The translations under genes were made by a program, and so were the position numbers. The notes under the pieces were generated by a model. That model searched no databases, was not told the origin of the DNA, and worked only from the letters and a program-made list of their open reading frames with translations. DNA of 64,000 nucleotides from Phoronis australis (taxonomy: Eukaryota > Animalia > Phoronida), in the NCBI GenBank assembly GCA_002633005.1, contig NMRA01000091.1, positions 322,445 to 386,444 on the forward strand, written 5' to 3'. Of the stretch, positions 25,921 to 39,500 are shown piece after piece; the first letter of the stretch is position 1, and each line of letters opens with the position of its first letter.

Positions 25921-28829
25921 TTTTTAGTCTTAGAGGCCATTTTCAATTTACTTGCATTGCTCCTTTTATTGGGAATGTTTAAAATATTCATCATCCCTTG
26001 TATCTGTGCTCTGTATGATGCACACGGTGGCCACATATCAACACTGGGTGTTGCTCTTGTTTAGAATAGTGTTTCACATTATCATGCTTCCTCTTGACAG
26101 TTTATCTTGTTAAAGGTATCCAGTTGAAAGCAAAAATTGTTACCCACCCCCAAAATGAGTCGTATGTGATGTCATCACCTTTCAGTAGCATCTTAGGGCA
26201 CCTCGTGTGCAATTCTGGCTGTGTTTGTGAATGAAATTGTGAGCATTCTAATCATGACAACAACTGTACACATTTAGAGTCGGAATTTTGTAGAAATATT
26301 GCTGAATCATTGAAAATATATGATAAGTCACCCAGATGAGTTTATTAAAGCTGTAAACTGGCTGCATTGTGCCATTAAATAAACTTAAATTTTGATTTAA
26401 ACCACTCTCTGTTAAAAAATAGGTCTTAATTTGATATATGGTTTTGGAGTTGGAAAGAAATGTCAGCTCTGTATTATTGGAGACCATGCACATAAGTGGC
26501 CTGCTTTGAGAAGTCAACATGTTGAGCCTTGTGTCAAGTAGTAACGAAGCCCAGAAATCACCTCAATTTGGAGTGTTTAAAATGGCACAAAGCTTATAAA
26601 CAACAATGAATTTTTGGACAGTGCAGAAAATATATTGACATTCAAATGGGGAAAAATTTCAAAACTTGGTGAAAACTTGTCAAGTTTCAATTCCTAACCA
26701 TTCAAGAATGTTGAAAAACAAGGATTCATCAACTTGAATCATTGTTTTAACGTTTTGTGATAAGGTTTTTTAAAACCTTAGTTATTTTAAACTGTTCACA
26801 ATTTAACATAAATGTCATCAATCTTCCTAAACGAAAGTAGTATTTTAAAAAATTTGGTAAAATATCAATAGTTAAAGAAACAATATTCCTGACAAGTGCC
26901 GTAATATATTTTCTCATTTTCTGTAAATGATAAGTTTACCGTGGTAATGCTTTACAATTTTCAAATTCTGTTCTGTAGCTATCATCGTACAATGTTTTGA
27001 AACATATTTTGCTTGTTTGTCAGATAGTGTTTGAAGCCTATGAAAATGAAAAAGGACAATTCTTATTATTTTGTTCAAAATTGGTAAGAATTTTACCCTA
27101 CAAAATGTTAGTTGGCCTAATGTTAAAATGTGTTTAAAACTGGTCTTAAACACCCAGCGACTCTCGGTTGTCCCTGCCGTATCAGTGAAGCAATTAAAAA
27201 AATAATAATTTTTAGTTGCTGCAAATCCGAAATGACCTTGATAGTAAATTTATTTGCTTCAAGAAACTTAGGTGTTTAAGTGGCCATGTTGGATTTAGCA
27301 AGCTAACACACTCTTATAAACACTTGTAAGGGTTCCAGAAGTTCCATGATAACAAATCGTTAATAAGCAAGTCTTTGACATCAAGTATTCCATGTTTGTG
27401 TGATTTACAGCGGTTCATTTTCGACACAATACTCGTTCTTTTAAACTTTTGGCAATCTTCAACCTACTTCATATTCACATTGTCGCCATCAGTTGTGTTT
27501 TTAACTAATTTGAGCAAGCAATCACAGAGATAAGGAGTTAGCATGCAAGTTCCACTTTAAGCGCCTAGTTTTTCAATGTCAGTACACCCCACATCACAAG
27601 TCAAAAAATTGTAAATACTGGTAGGGGTATTATTATATTAATGTTAATTGTGACTTATATATTAAAGTATATTTCAAACATTTACCACTTTATGTAACTT
27701 TCAATTATTTGTAACAATGTGGTAAAATTAAATATATTGTAGTCAGAAATGCCATTCAAAAATATTTCTGGGCATGCACGCACCCAGCCTTCAATTTGGG
27801 GGGGCTCGAATTCTTGACAAAACAGCGGGCGGACTAAAAAAAAAACAGGAGCACCACTGTGAAGTACGAGTTTGCACTTGTTTAGTGGACTTTTTCCCCA
27901 TTTTCTCGGGCTTTTTGTCACTTAAGGGGTGGACCTTTTTTACCCACTTCACCAAATGGGGAGAGGCTCATTCAGGCTCTAGGACTATAATGTAGTCTCA
28001 TCAAATTGTTGGTTTTTATTTTTCAAGTGATTCTAACATTGCTGTGAATGCGCACAACTCTTCCAAATATTCGTTAGCAGCTATGGCCCAAAACTTGTAA
28101 ACGGCAGAGCTTCATAATAGATGCGAATTATATTTTATGAAGGAAATGAGAAAAAATCATATTTTGCACCAAGTTGGTGATATTTGTAAAATCAATTGCT
28201 CTTGGAAACAAAGCATACAACTGTCTGTGGAAATATTTTTTAGATTTGAATATCTCATTATTGAAAATTATAGATTTTGTACCTGTAGGTCTAGTCTTTC
28301 AAAACACTCACTAACAGAAGCTGTCAAAATTCAAGGATACCCAACCAGTCATAATCACTGTGCACCCGTTGTCATAAATTACGAAGACACTGTGTGTGCA
28401 TAGTGTGGGTGAAAGGTGTGGTGTTATCCAAGAAAGAAGTTTTTGGCGTCGTTGATGCGGCATTAGGTATAAACTTGTCCTTCGATGACGCCTTTAACTC
28501 GGTATATAATCAACTTGACAGTTGAAGAAAAGTGAAACAAGCTCCTGGTGTGTGTGACTGACTTCTTCTTACATGGGCCATGTCCATGTTCGGGGGATTC
28601 AATTTTGACACTAAGCTCAAGGTCAGCGGAAGAGAGTTATTTGAATGTTAAATCATTCTTTTCTAGGCATTTAATAAAAAGTGTGTGTTGACCATAAAAG
28701 TTAGAAGACAATTTTTGCCTATAAATAAATTTGTTGCCATTTCTGACCGTTATTTGCTATCTACCAGATAATTATTTAATGTATTCCACATATTAAGTGG
28801 TTCCAGTGGGGTTAATACGAGAGAAGCCA

Positions 28830-28867
28830 AAGGCACACAGCACACATTTTAAAGCACTAGATTTATT
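28830..28867 (-). terminator. Candidate polyadenylation signal of the GRB-like gene
   Basis: AATAAA on - strand at 28867-28862 followed by a GU-rich tract (tgtgtgctgtgtgccttt); would imply a ~1.6 kb 3' UTR. Confidence 0.5.
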
Positions 28868-30432
28868 CCAAAAATACATTCTCAAATAGTCTGCTGTACA
28901 GTGAATAGGAACAAACACGCAGAATACCATATGGAAATTGCAAAAATTACAATGTCATCTATGTCCAGTAAAAGTCAATGATAATAATTAATAAAATATT
29001 AATTCTTTGTTAATTTACTATATAACAGGCCGACTTCAATTAATAAAATTATGTAAAAGTGATTTTAAATGAACAGCAAAACAAGTCACACAACAGTCAG
29101 AGAGCAAATCAAGTGTTCATCTGACAATTTAGACTAACATTTAAAGGAAATGAAACTTTATACAACTACAGATATAAATAGCTACGGGCATATCAATGTC
29201 CAGGCACCACCAAAATGGATTTGAACTGAGAAGATCTTCGAGTATGCACCTTAAATATTAAAAGCATAACAACTGCCAATGAAAGCAAAATATAAAAAGT
29301 ATGTTACTTCTTCAAAACAGGAATATGACATTTTGCACCATTAGAACAAAGAAATAAATACTAGTTAAGAAAATTCATAAATACATTTTATAATGTACAC
29401 AATAATTGCTTTTTAAGCATAGAATTTTGATTTATAGTTTGCTCGGGTGTTGATTGGATTGCAAAAGCCAATTTCGTTATTTTGTTTACAAATGTCAGGA
29501 TAAACGCATAACCCGGACATGAGAATAACAGCATCTAAAAAGGAAGAGCAGCTGGTAACAATGGGTTCTCATTGTTGAAACTGATCAATATCCTCATCCT
29601 ACCAAAGTCGAGCAGTGTGTCTTGAAAATTGCTTCACTTCATTATTTATGAAAAACAACACCTGATTTTGTCGAGTCTTCAAACAACTGCTTTGCACAGA
29701 GGTGTGTTATGAAAATATCATACATGTTGATAGGAATCAATTATTTCATACTCTCGGTAGTTGTGGAGTAAAACATAAATTTATATTTTACTCAACATTT
29801 TAGTTGCATCACATGAAACACTACCTCAACAATTTGCAATAATTTATGCAAGTTGGCATCCCAAAAATACAAGAAAAGTTGAAAGGTACACCACTGGAAT
29901 TTTGCGAGGACATTTTCTGCCAAGATTAGTTTTAGAGTTAACAAAATAATTATGTAGTTGCTTTATGATACAATGTTGGCAAATTGATCACATTCGCGGA
30001 CATTCAGCCAACTAAAGTGATCACAAAAATGAATAAAGTAGATGGCTGATCTGCGAACAGTGAAAACATTCACATGTAAGTTTAAGTAATTGCAGTTTAC
30101 CAGCACCTCATTTTACATCAGTGGCATAATTTCCATTGTAAATAAATGAATTTACACACTCAGTTACAAAAATGCACAAACAATATCCAGACATAATGAG
30201 CTTGTCCAGTTCACCCTCCTCTGACTTCCAGGATATTTCCAATTTACATGGTGATTAAAACACTTTGCATCCAAAGAAAAACACTGCCTGCAATGTATCC
30301 TGTCAAACATAAGATGTCTATATCTTTAATGCAGTGACACCTGCATACCTTTCGAAGGTCTTTGGCAATACAATAATGGTAACACCACTGAATAAAACGA
30401 GGTTATGTGTGGTGCGCGTATCACTAGGGTCG

Positions 30433-30573
30433 TCACGCAAGCTTAGTCACATAATGTTCCAACTTAACAGGGAGTCCACCAGCGTTGAGTTGGTAAAAAT
30501 CCACCAACTGAATCAGGTCTGCAAACTTTGTATTGCCATCTAGTGAGTAATACGTTTTTCCATTTTCCACAAC
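30433..30573 (-). CDS. GRB14: GRB7/10/14-like terminal coding exon, SH2 end
   Basis: [46 protein letters not shown]; tttcag| acceptor, TGA at 30435-30433. Confidence 0.94.
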   Translation of the reverse strand, partial: VVENGKTYYSLDGNTKFADLIQLVDFYQLNAGGLPVKLEHYVTKLA

Positions 30574-33500
30574 CTGAAAGAATAGGAAGTGTCAAGAAAT
30601 GTGATCATGTCACGAGCACACACACACACACACACACACACTGTATAGTATGTACAATTGTAAAGACTGCATCAGGCTGACAAACTAGAGAAGGGAAAAT
30701 GATTAGGCAATTGCACACTTTGTAATTTAATGTAAACTATATTTCACACATATGGCTATTGGCCAATAGTGCTAAGAGGGTTGAGAAAAAATATTTTCAC
30801 GGCACAGCAACCGAGGGTAATAACAGTCTCCAAAATAAAACCTGACAGTGTGTAGTTTAACATATTTACACCACATATTAAGGTTTTAATCCACATTTTT
30901 TGACAACTACCGTGCAACAGCCGTTATTATACTGGTGTATCGAGGCATAAATGGTATAATACATATAATACGTTCATAGATTTCATTGAACGTGTTGTGT
31001 TCATCGCATTCTTGTACAGCATATCTCCCAGTCTTAGTAAACAATTTATTTATGTGCCACAGTGACTTTTTACTAGTCCGATGTGAGAGAGCATTACTAC
31101 AGTACTAACATACGTACCAAATGGTCTCCACAGTTCTGTGGTTTATATGTCTTTATTTGTCATTAAAAAAACAGCAAAATTGATTTTCACCTATTTATTA
31201 TTATATCTATCTTGGCTAAAAACCAACATAGTCACCTTCCAATTCATTTCCCTTATCAAACACTCCCTGTTTATCAGTCTTACTCTGTAACTTTCAACTA
31301 AACATGATTAGCTTACAAGAGTGGTTATGATCGCCACCAAGTAGGAACCTACTTATCCCGCTCATTATCATAATTTATGTCAAAACCGAGGGTGACATTA
31401 AGCGGGTTCCCCAGCATGAAGGACACGACGGTGTGACTAATGTCAACATCTATCAGACCTCGGATGAAACTCAAATGTTATGCATGCTGTCTCAGATATA
31501 AACCAACTATGGATGTTGACTCAGAAATAGAAGACATAGTTCAACATAATACTGGTGGTGCTTTGCGCTATTTTGGTTTAAGTTTCGGCCTCATCACCAA
31601 ATTGAAAAAAAAAACTTTCAATACTTTATTTCTTAGAAACAAACTTTTAAGTTTGGGTCGTAATTTTGTCATATCTACATTTATGAGTTCTCTAAAAATT
31701 GACGACGGTGTACACCTGTTTTTGCGGTGTCTTTGAAAAATAAAATATTCCGATATCTTATCTTCAGGCAATTGTCACTAGTTTCCTCCGTATTATCCAA
31801 CTTTGGTTGGCATTACTTAAAACAGTGCTCAATCCAGATATTGACTATTAACAGAGAAATTCACAGCAATTTAACACGATTCAAGTTTGACAACTTCTCA
31901 CAAAATATGCTAAATTGCCAAACATTTGTAACACTTCACGTGAATTAATCGGTAGCCGAGAGGAGAAACTGTGCATCTCGAACCACCGAAACTATTTTGT
32001 GACAGAATGTGAAGACACAGTTTTAGCTGAACATTGCCGTTACCTTTACGGAAAATTCTAATTACACAATAGCAGCCAATAGAAGCAGTTTTGGGGCAAA
32101 AACAACAAAGCATGGTTCAGCAACCGTTTAAAAAGTATGTGTTGTTATCTGGCAAAATTTTGAATTTAGGTCCGTCACTACACCGAGTATACTTAGCCCA
32201 GTCATACCAGTGCTATTTGGAAATGCTTGACTCTAAGACTGTGAACTAGAGAGAGGACGTAACAACCATTCATCATTCGACTTTCACGAACAAGGAACAG
32301 CCTGAAACAGATACCAAGGTTTAACAACTAGATGTAGGTGTTAAAATGACAAAATCTCGCATTGAAAATTACCAACTAGAGTTTGGAGCAAACAATTAAA
32401 CAAAACCTCATACAATTTACTGCAGCTATTATTATATACTGTATCTCTATGAATATCCTATCTTTGTACACAATTTTCATGACTCCAAGCAATTATTCAG
32501 CTAGACAACTACCACAAGATGTCACTACTATGACTGAAAATGACTGTTATTTGTCTACTCTAGTAACCCTACCCAGGTGACCTTGACCTACCCATCAACC
32601 ATCCCGTGCTTGGCCAACAGTTCATTAGCCTCATCCCTCGAGACACCATGATGGAACCATGGCTGCATCATATTGAGACTGTTACTGACAACGAGGCCTC
32701 GTCCCAGCGCGGGGCTCATGCTTCCCGATGTGTTCTTGCTGCTACCAGGAGTCGTCGGCAAACACGTCGGACGGGTAATTTTTTTCTAATAATGAATAGA
32801 ATACTAATACTCAATACCATAAACGCAACAAATCTTTTCAAAATATCTGGTAGAACGGGTGTATAGTTTCCATCTTTTAAGTCATTATTTTATCATCATT
32901 GTATTACAGTGGAGATTACAGAGACCACTTAAGTAGAACAAGTAACCAAAATGCAGCACGTTCTGACATAAAATACCGAAAATTATTTTGCAAAATTTTT
33001 GGAAAGAACAATTGGCATTAACTTTTTTCAGGTAGATTACGACACTCGTAGGATTATCACAATACTAAAAAATTATTCGTTAATTAATTTTTTGAAATAC
33101 ATTCTTTTAAGCCATTCACTGATTCGTATGACACAAAATTTCTAATCTTCAAGAGCAGACATTTTTTCTACCATGCAGCCCCAAAATGGGAGCTGGTTTA
33201 AACCTCTCACCCGCCATTGGAGACCTTCCTCTATGGCCACACCTATTGCCTCATTGGGGTCATCCACCACTCGACCTCCGTTGACCCCTGTGAAGTCCAT
33301 GGCAACACGCTCTTTGGGATCGGCACCGTCCTATACATGACAACAGACAGAAATTTTTCTTTTAAGCTACAACATTGCACTAAAAGAATCAATTTTAATT
33401 GCTAATAAAATCCAAAGGTATTCTAACGAGAAGCCATACAACAAGACTAAACATGTGGACAATTTGCTGCACGTGATTAAACTTGCCTATGAACCACTCT

Positions 33501-36500
33501 ATGGTAAGTGATTTTTTTATGCACATGTAGCAAAATGTCATGATATTTTCAATATTAAAAAAACACCTGGGATCATTGACTTACCTGTTACCAGACATAT
33601 AGCATTCTATAACTGCATTTTCAACAAAGTTTTGCTTACTTTATTTTAAACTAATCCACTTAATAATGAGTTTCACATAACAACACTAATGAAGTCCATA
33701 ATTTTCTAGTGTTTTCATTTTTGCACGAAACACATGGCAATCGATATCTGCCCCAGTTGAACTGTTTTTTACATGAACTTCTAAGACAATAAATGTCACT
33801 GTGTCAGTAACAAGGAAATGACACAGTGACATTATATAATCAAGAAGAAATGACAAATATATTTAGTAGCCCAGACAGGCTAAGACAAACAACTGATGAC
33901 TTTCCCAAATGTCACTTGCCAGATATGTCATCCTGTTGTTGAAGATGAATACCATTTCATTTCATTTGTTTAGTCTCCGGGTAGTGCAATAAATCTATAA
34001 ACAAGGCCTTCAGCTAGGATAAATTCACAGGCGCTAACACAAAATAACAAATACAAATGGTAAACGTCTCTAAAGTCCCATTTTTCCATCAATTCAAGCA
34101 AAAGTGGAACAAATCAAAAATTATTAAAATAAAATAATTCCTGGCAGCGTTTTGGACAACAATGCATAAAGCATAGCATCTGAATATTCCTATGAATCTG
34201 AGAAGCCATTTGTGAGATATGATGTTCAGAGGCTAGCCAACTGCGAAATTTTTCTAAGGCCCTATTTAACTTTAAAGCTGGCTAGTGTTCAAGCATGCCA
34301 CTACTGAAAAATTGATCTAAACTCATGAGACTTAGTTACATATAATCCCACGTCTGAATGTAAATACTTACAGAATTTGGTGGAGAAGATCCGTTACTTA
34401 AGTTGTTTAGTTTTTCTTGCCTCCTCAGTGAACTTCTGTAGTTTTCTTGTAGCTGTTTGCCATACTGCAAAGGAAATGCTGATAACTACTTTAAAGTGCA
34501 CAAATTAAATCAGTAACAAGGCTGGTTCAATAAAGCCTTTATGAATGGTTTCAAGAAACTGACTTTAAAGCGCAATACTGACAAACTTCCATGGTTGTTA
34601 TAGAAAAGGGTGATGCCAGTTACTTTAAATTAGTAGAAGGTAAAAAATATACCAAAATTATAATTAGAGACGCCAAATGCATGATTGACAAACTTCCCCA
34701 CACCAACATGACTACGGTTCCTCTGTCTACCTTTGTACAAGATCATGTACGTTATTCAAGTTTGACATTCTCCGATTTTACCTGCTTTTTCACTACTAAG
34801 GCAAAGGAAAACAGAAGAAGAAACTGGCAGGAGGGCAAGACAATGACCCTCTTCAAAATCTGGAGGGGCGTTTGTCCTGCAAGGGTGGACGTCTCCCCAG
34901 TGGAATGACGTTCTTTCAGCATGGGATTGTTTCGGCAGACAGCATAGCATCTAGTACAAACTAAACTGGTCTTTCCAGTGTAGATGGGAAGACAAAGCAC
35001 GATAAATTGATTCTAACTTAAGTGTGAACAGGTATGACTTCACTGTTATTTTATGCTGTACTTGGGTAGCATGTTTTTCGTTATCCAAAATTGGTTATTA
35101 TATGCATTGACAATAACTCTTTTGCTGCCATGTGCACCTTTCGCCAAGTTACTCCAGCACTCCCTAATAAGGATGCAATCTGTGAGTCCTTTCATAGTTA
35201 TTTGACCCACTCAATCCTCAATTTCAAGAAGGATAACAACAGCTTAACGACGTCAGTAGATGAAGGCAATTTCACCAAATCACAAAATTAAATTTAATGA
35301 AAGCCAGGCTTTTCAATTTTTCCAGTCTGAATGACTTACTTGTCAAATTACAATTAATGCAATGGCCTCTAAACTGTCCATCACTGAGGTCTAATTGACT
35401 CAAGTTCAAAACAATTCTGATTCAAGATCCGAAATTGAAATGTCAGACGTGAGACGAGGTATGCACCGGTGCCAACGGGATGTAAATTTCAACCAAAACC
35501 CTTAACTGACTGTTGATATTGTTTTCCACCTGAAATCTTGAATACTTCACCTGGTACATACCTGCCTCAGCATATGAAGTCATAATTTTTGAATGTCATA
35601 AACAGAATGTGATTGCAACCAAGGGTACACTGGTCACTTATCCTGATAATATATTTGGTACTTGGAAATGCAGTTCTAAAAACACTTGCGGTGAAAGAAT
35701 TAAGGAAGGTTCAAATGATAATTACATGTTTTAACATTAAAACTAGTCAAAACATGGTAAACGATATTGATGACGACATAATTCCCAAGAAGAATGCCGA
35801 TCCACTGAACACGACATAATCAAAAGAATATCATCTAACAACAAGGAACCATATCGACTAATTCAGATCCACATACTGACAGACGGAAGACTGCCGACAA
35901 AGACCTAATAATCATGATCTAGTTATTATAGAATTAAAAAGATTGTATCCTTACAATATTCATTGTGTGCCTTGCATAGCTAACTAAAACAGCGATACAG
36001 TAATAATACAAACCTTCGCTAGCCTAATACCAGCGAGCCAACACATTCTTGTCTTTTCGTCTTCCGCACAAAGGCATTTCATCTCTTTGGGCTCCAAGGA
36101 CGCAGTATTGTCTGGCTAGAAAGCACAATGTTTCTAATCAGTTCAATGTCACTTGTTTACCTAATTACCGTCACACTTAACACCTTGTCATAATCAGAAT
36201 TCTTATTATTTTATTGTTGAAAGAGCTCGAGAAGAGCAGAAATTATCACAATTTGGCCAAAAGCATTGCTCCAATGAGTCACACCCTTAATGTCATAACT
36301 CAGATGGTACAATGTGTCATATTATACTGAGAATTACCTTGGTGTGAATGGGCTCTAACTAACTCCAGACAAATTGTCCATTCACAAGTGAATAAAAGCA
36401 AGAACACAACTATACATCAGGACTAGTTACTGAGTATTATACTAAACATTATGCATTTTTTGATAGGAATAAACTTGGTTATTTTTGCAGTACATTCAAC

Positions 36501-39500
36501 AAAAATCAAAATTTGAGAGCACTTCATTGACATTTATATCAATTAAAATGAATAAGTGTAGTGAAAACAATAATTAAGTTTGCCTTTGCCTTGATATCTT
36601 TTCCCATCGAAAATTGGAAAAAAAATGTACAGCACATCTTCCTCAAAACTCATTTTTCCTCTGCTATTTTTGGTCTGCCGTTTTTCGATCTGCTGTTAGG
36701 CAACTTTTCATTTTTTCTGCACAGTTTCTTTCTCAACTTTTGCCAAAAATTTTAAAACCATACACTTTATTCACACAGACCCCATGTTCCAAGAGCCTCC
36801 TATTAGATTTATAAACAACGCATTCCATACTTAATCACAGTGCAAAACATGATTTTTTCGCACAACTCATTAATATCTTTGTCTTAAATGCATCGTCTTA
36901 AAAAGAGGCTCATTTTTAAAATGCCAACTGCATGAATAACGTCTATCGTACCACGAGGGCTGACGGTATTTGTCCCTTTCGTTACAAGAAAAAAACATTG
37001 CGTAATCCAGTATTCATTTATTTTGTTGGTCAAGTGGACGCGACAATTTTTCTAACCTTGTGGAGAAGCTATAACAGATTCTCCCTCTCATTAGAGTTTA
37101 GAGAAAACGAATTGCGCAGTATTTTTGTAGGAAATGGAGGGGACAATACAGTAGAATCCGTCATCGATGCATTTTGAGTTAATTTGAATGTGACTGCAGC
37201 AAACCTACCTTGAAACATAACACAAACTGGCTGGGTGAATGGAAACACTTCTTGCTAGAGTTAGCCACATAGACATTGATATCGAGAAATTGGCAAAAGG
37301 TCACTAAATGCTTGGGGTCCTGAAAACACAAGATGGCACGGTTATCAACATGATGTGGGAGAATTACAGGGCCAGAACACTTAACAATGTTAACACTTGA
37401 GAACGCACAGTCAGAGAACTCTAGTGGCCAGTGCATGCCTGTCGAGGGGACAACAAATTTTGATCAACGCTCTGTGTTCATCATCGTCAATGATCAGTCC
37501 CACATTCCATATACAGTAAATAGCAAACTTACAACTTGGCACGTCCAAAACCAACTTTACATCCCTGTAGTTTTATTAACACCAACTTTACACCTATGTA
37601 AGCCAATCAATGCCAAATCAATTTACATCTCTATTGTCAGAATTAATAATGATTAAGTAATTAGTAAGACTCGATCCATTTTAAGTAGCCCAAAATTTGC
37701 TCATACTATGTACTTTCAAATCATGGGGTCAAGCTTGTCGTCATGTACTTCAACGTCAAAATTTATTTTTAGATGGTGTTTACAACTTTGGGTTCTGGGA
37801 TCAAAGCACTCTAGAGATTCTAGAAATTTCTGAGAACAAATTGCAACAGCTAATGATACGATTGGACATGATCATGTGGTTTTTATGAGCCAATCGCTAA
37901 ATAAGTAGATTACTATTACTTAGGCTAAAATTAAGAGGATATTCAGATGAGCTATAATAGTAGCTGAAGCATAAGGACTTGCTACAGTGTACAGAGGAAA
38001 ATGTACAACAGAGCCATCTCGTGGCAGATTCTGAAGAGGATCTGGGCAAGAGAGAGGGTTAACAAACAGGACGTTAACTAAGAGCTTGTCACTTGCATCG
38101 TGGGTAGTAAGATACTGCCTGAAGTGTTGCGTCACCAGAGACTGTGACCAACAAGAAGAATCGTGGGTAGAAGAAACTGCCTACAAGTGTTGCATCACCA
38201 GAGACTGTGACCAGCAAGTACACTGTCGCAATGCAGTGTGTGTAGTTTGAAAATTCACCAACAGGACTGTCATCCAAGTGGAGAGTCCTTCAGCTTGGAT
38301 AGCAGATAAAATATTTGATTATTTTGGATGATTGATTGAAAAAAGCTCTACAGAGGGCGCTAGCGTATTACTCTTCTTTGTAGTTGGTTACTTAATTAAC
38401 AACAGGTTTTACTTGTCTAATTAGTGGTTATCATATAATACATTAATTACTGGATTTAATCATTCTCTCTTCACACTAAATTTACATCCCTGTAGTTCAA
38501 TCAACGCCAACTTAATACCCCAGTAGTTCAATGAACTCCAAATTACATCCTTATAAATCAATGAACACCACATTTACATTCTTGTAGTTCACTCAACACC
38601 AGCTTGACACCCCTGTCCTTCACTAAATACCAACTTTACACTCCAGTCCTCTAGTTCAATCAAAACTAAATCTACACCCGTGAAATTCAATCAACACCAA
38701 CTTCACATCCATGTAGTTCAATCAACACCTGTCCAACTAATGTTAGTAACCCACCTTGGATGTCCCCTTGCTTGAGTAATACAGCCCAGACCCCCTCAGT
38801 ACAAAGAAGGCTTTCTTCCATGACTTTTTACCAGCCTCTTTCAAGTGAAGGTAACCTTGAAGGTCAGGTAACCTGTCTGTTGATGACATCAAATTCTGAA
38901 AATATATTTCCAACATAGAAAGCTACCAAGCTTTGTATAATGAACAGTCAGTTTGTCCGATGGCTTTGAAAAATTAAGATTTTAATAACTAGAAGGCATT
39001 AGGAAAATTAGGCAAAAATACTTCTTGAAGATGGCATCATAATGTGCACAACAAGCAGTCAACATAACAAATGTCAAAACAACCAGTTCAAGAAAATTAT
39101 GATAACAATTTAAACTCTTACAAAATGCAGCAAGCATCATTGTCAAGACAATGTAATATGGGACAAAATTTGCCATTTGGTTCTAAAATAGACTTCCATT
39201 TGTCACATGACACAAAAGTTAAAAATGCCCAAAGCAACTGCATCCTCTTTCCCCACTAACACCCTCCAATAACTAACAACACATAAACAGCCATTAGTCA
39301 AGCAAAATAGCAAGAACTTCCTTTTAGTTTAAGAGCTCGTCAATGCCATTTTTCTGTTCAAAATAATGCAGCCAACCATCAATCTGAGGACTGGTTAATT
39401 GATTTAAGGTGATGGACACACTAGCCAAGCACTTTTCAGGCGCTAATAAAATTATCATTTTTCTTAAATGTTTTAACCAGCTAATGTACGGACATACAAG

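Larger units (their letters stand above)
18180..26061 (+). mobile_element. Cluster of non-autonomous Helentron/HINE (DINE-1-like) elements with internal ~145-bp monomer / ~430-bp trimer tandem arrays
   Basis: 5' ends with a T-run and short inverted repeat (tttatgcgcctac...gtgggtgcata 20621-20654; related at 18320, 22716, 23275), one followed by a catccgtcc-like microsatellite. Shared 3' ends with subterminal IR, small hairpin and tcttg(g)tt (20006-20040, 26027-26061). Degenerate tandem monomers lie between. Confidence 0.7.

Noticed and set aside
34591-35000. Overlapping ORFs in a GRB intron as a possible nested gene or extra exon
   Set aside because: No recognisable motif, and the flanking GRB exons already join in frame (RLAK|YGKQ).
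38345-38365. Isolated CTCF-like motifs (also ~8664, ~62118)
   Set aside because: Single partial matches are expected by chance in 64 kb; not supportable individually.
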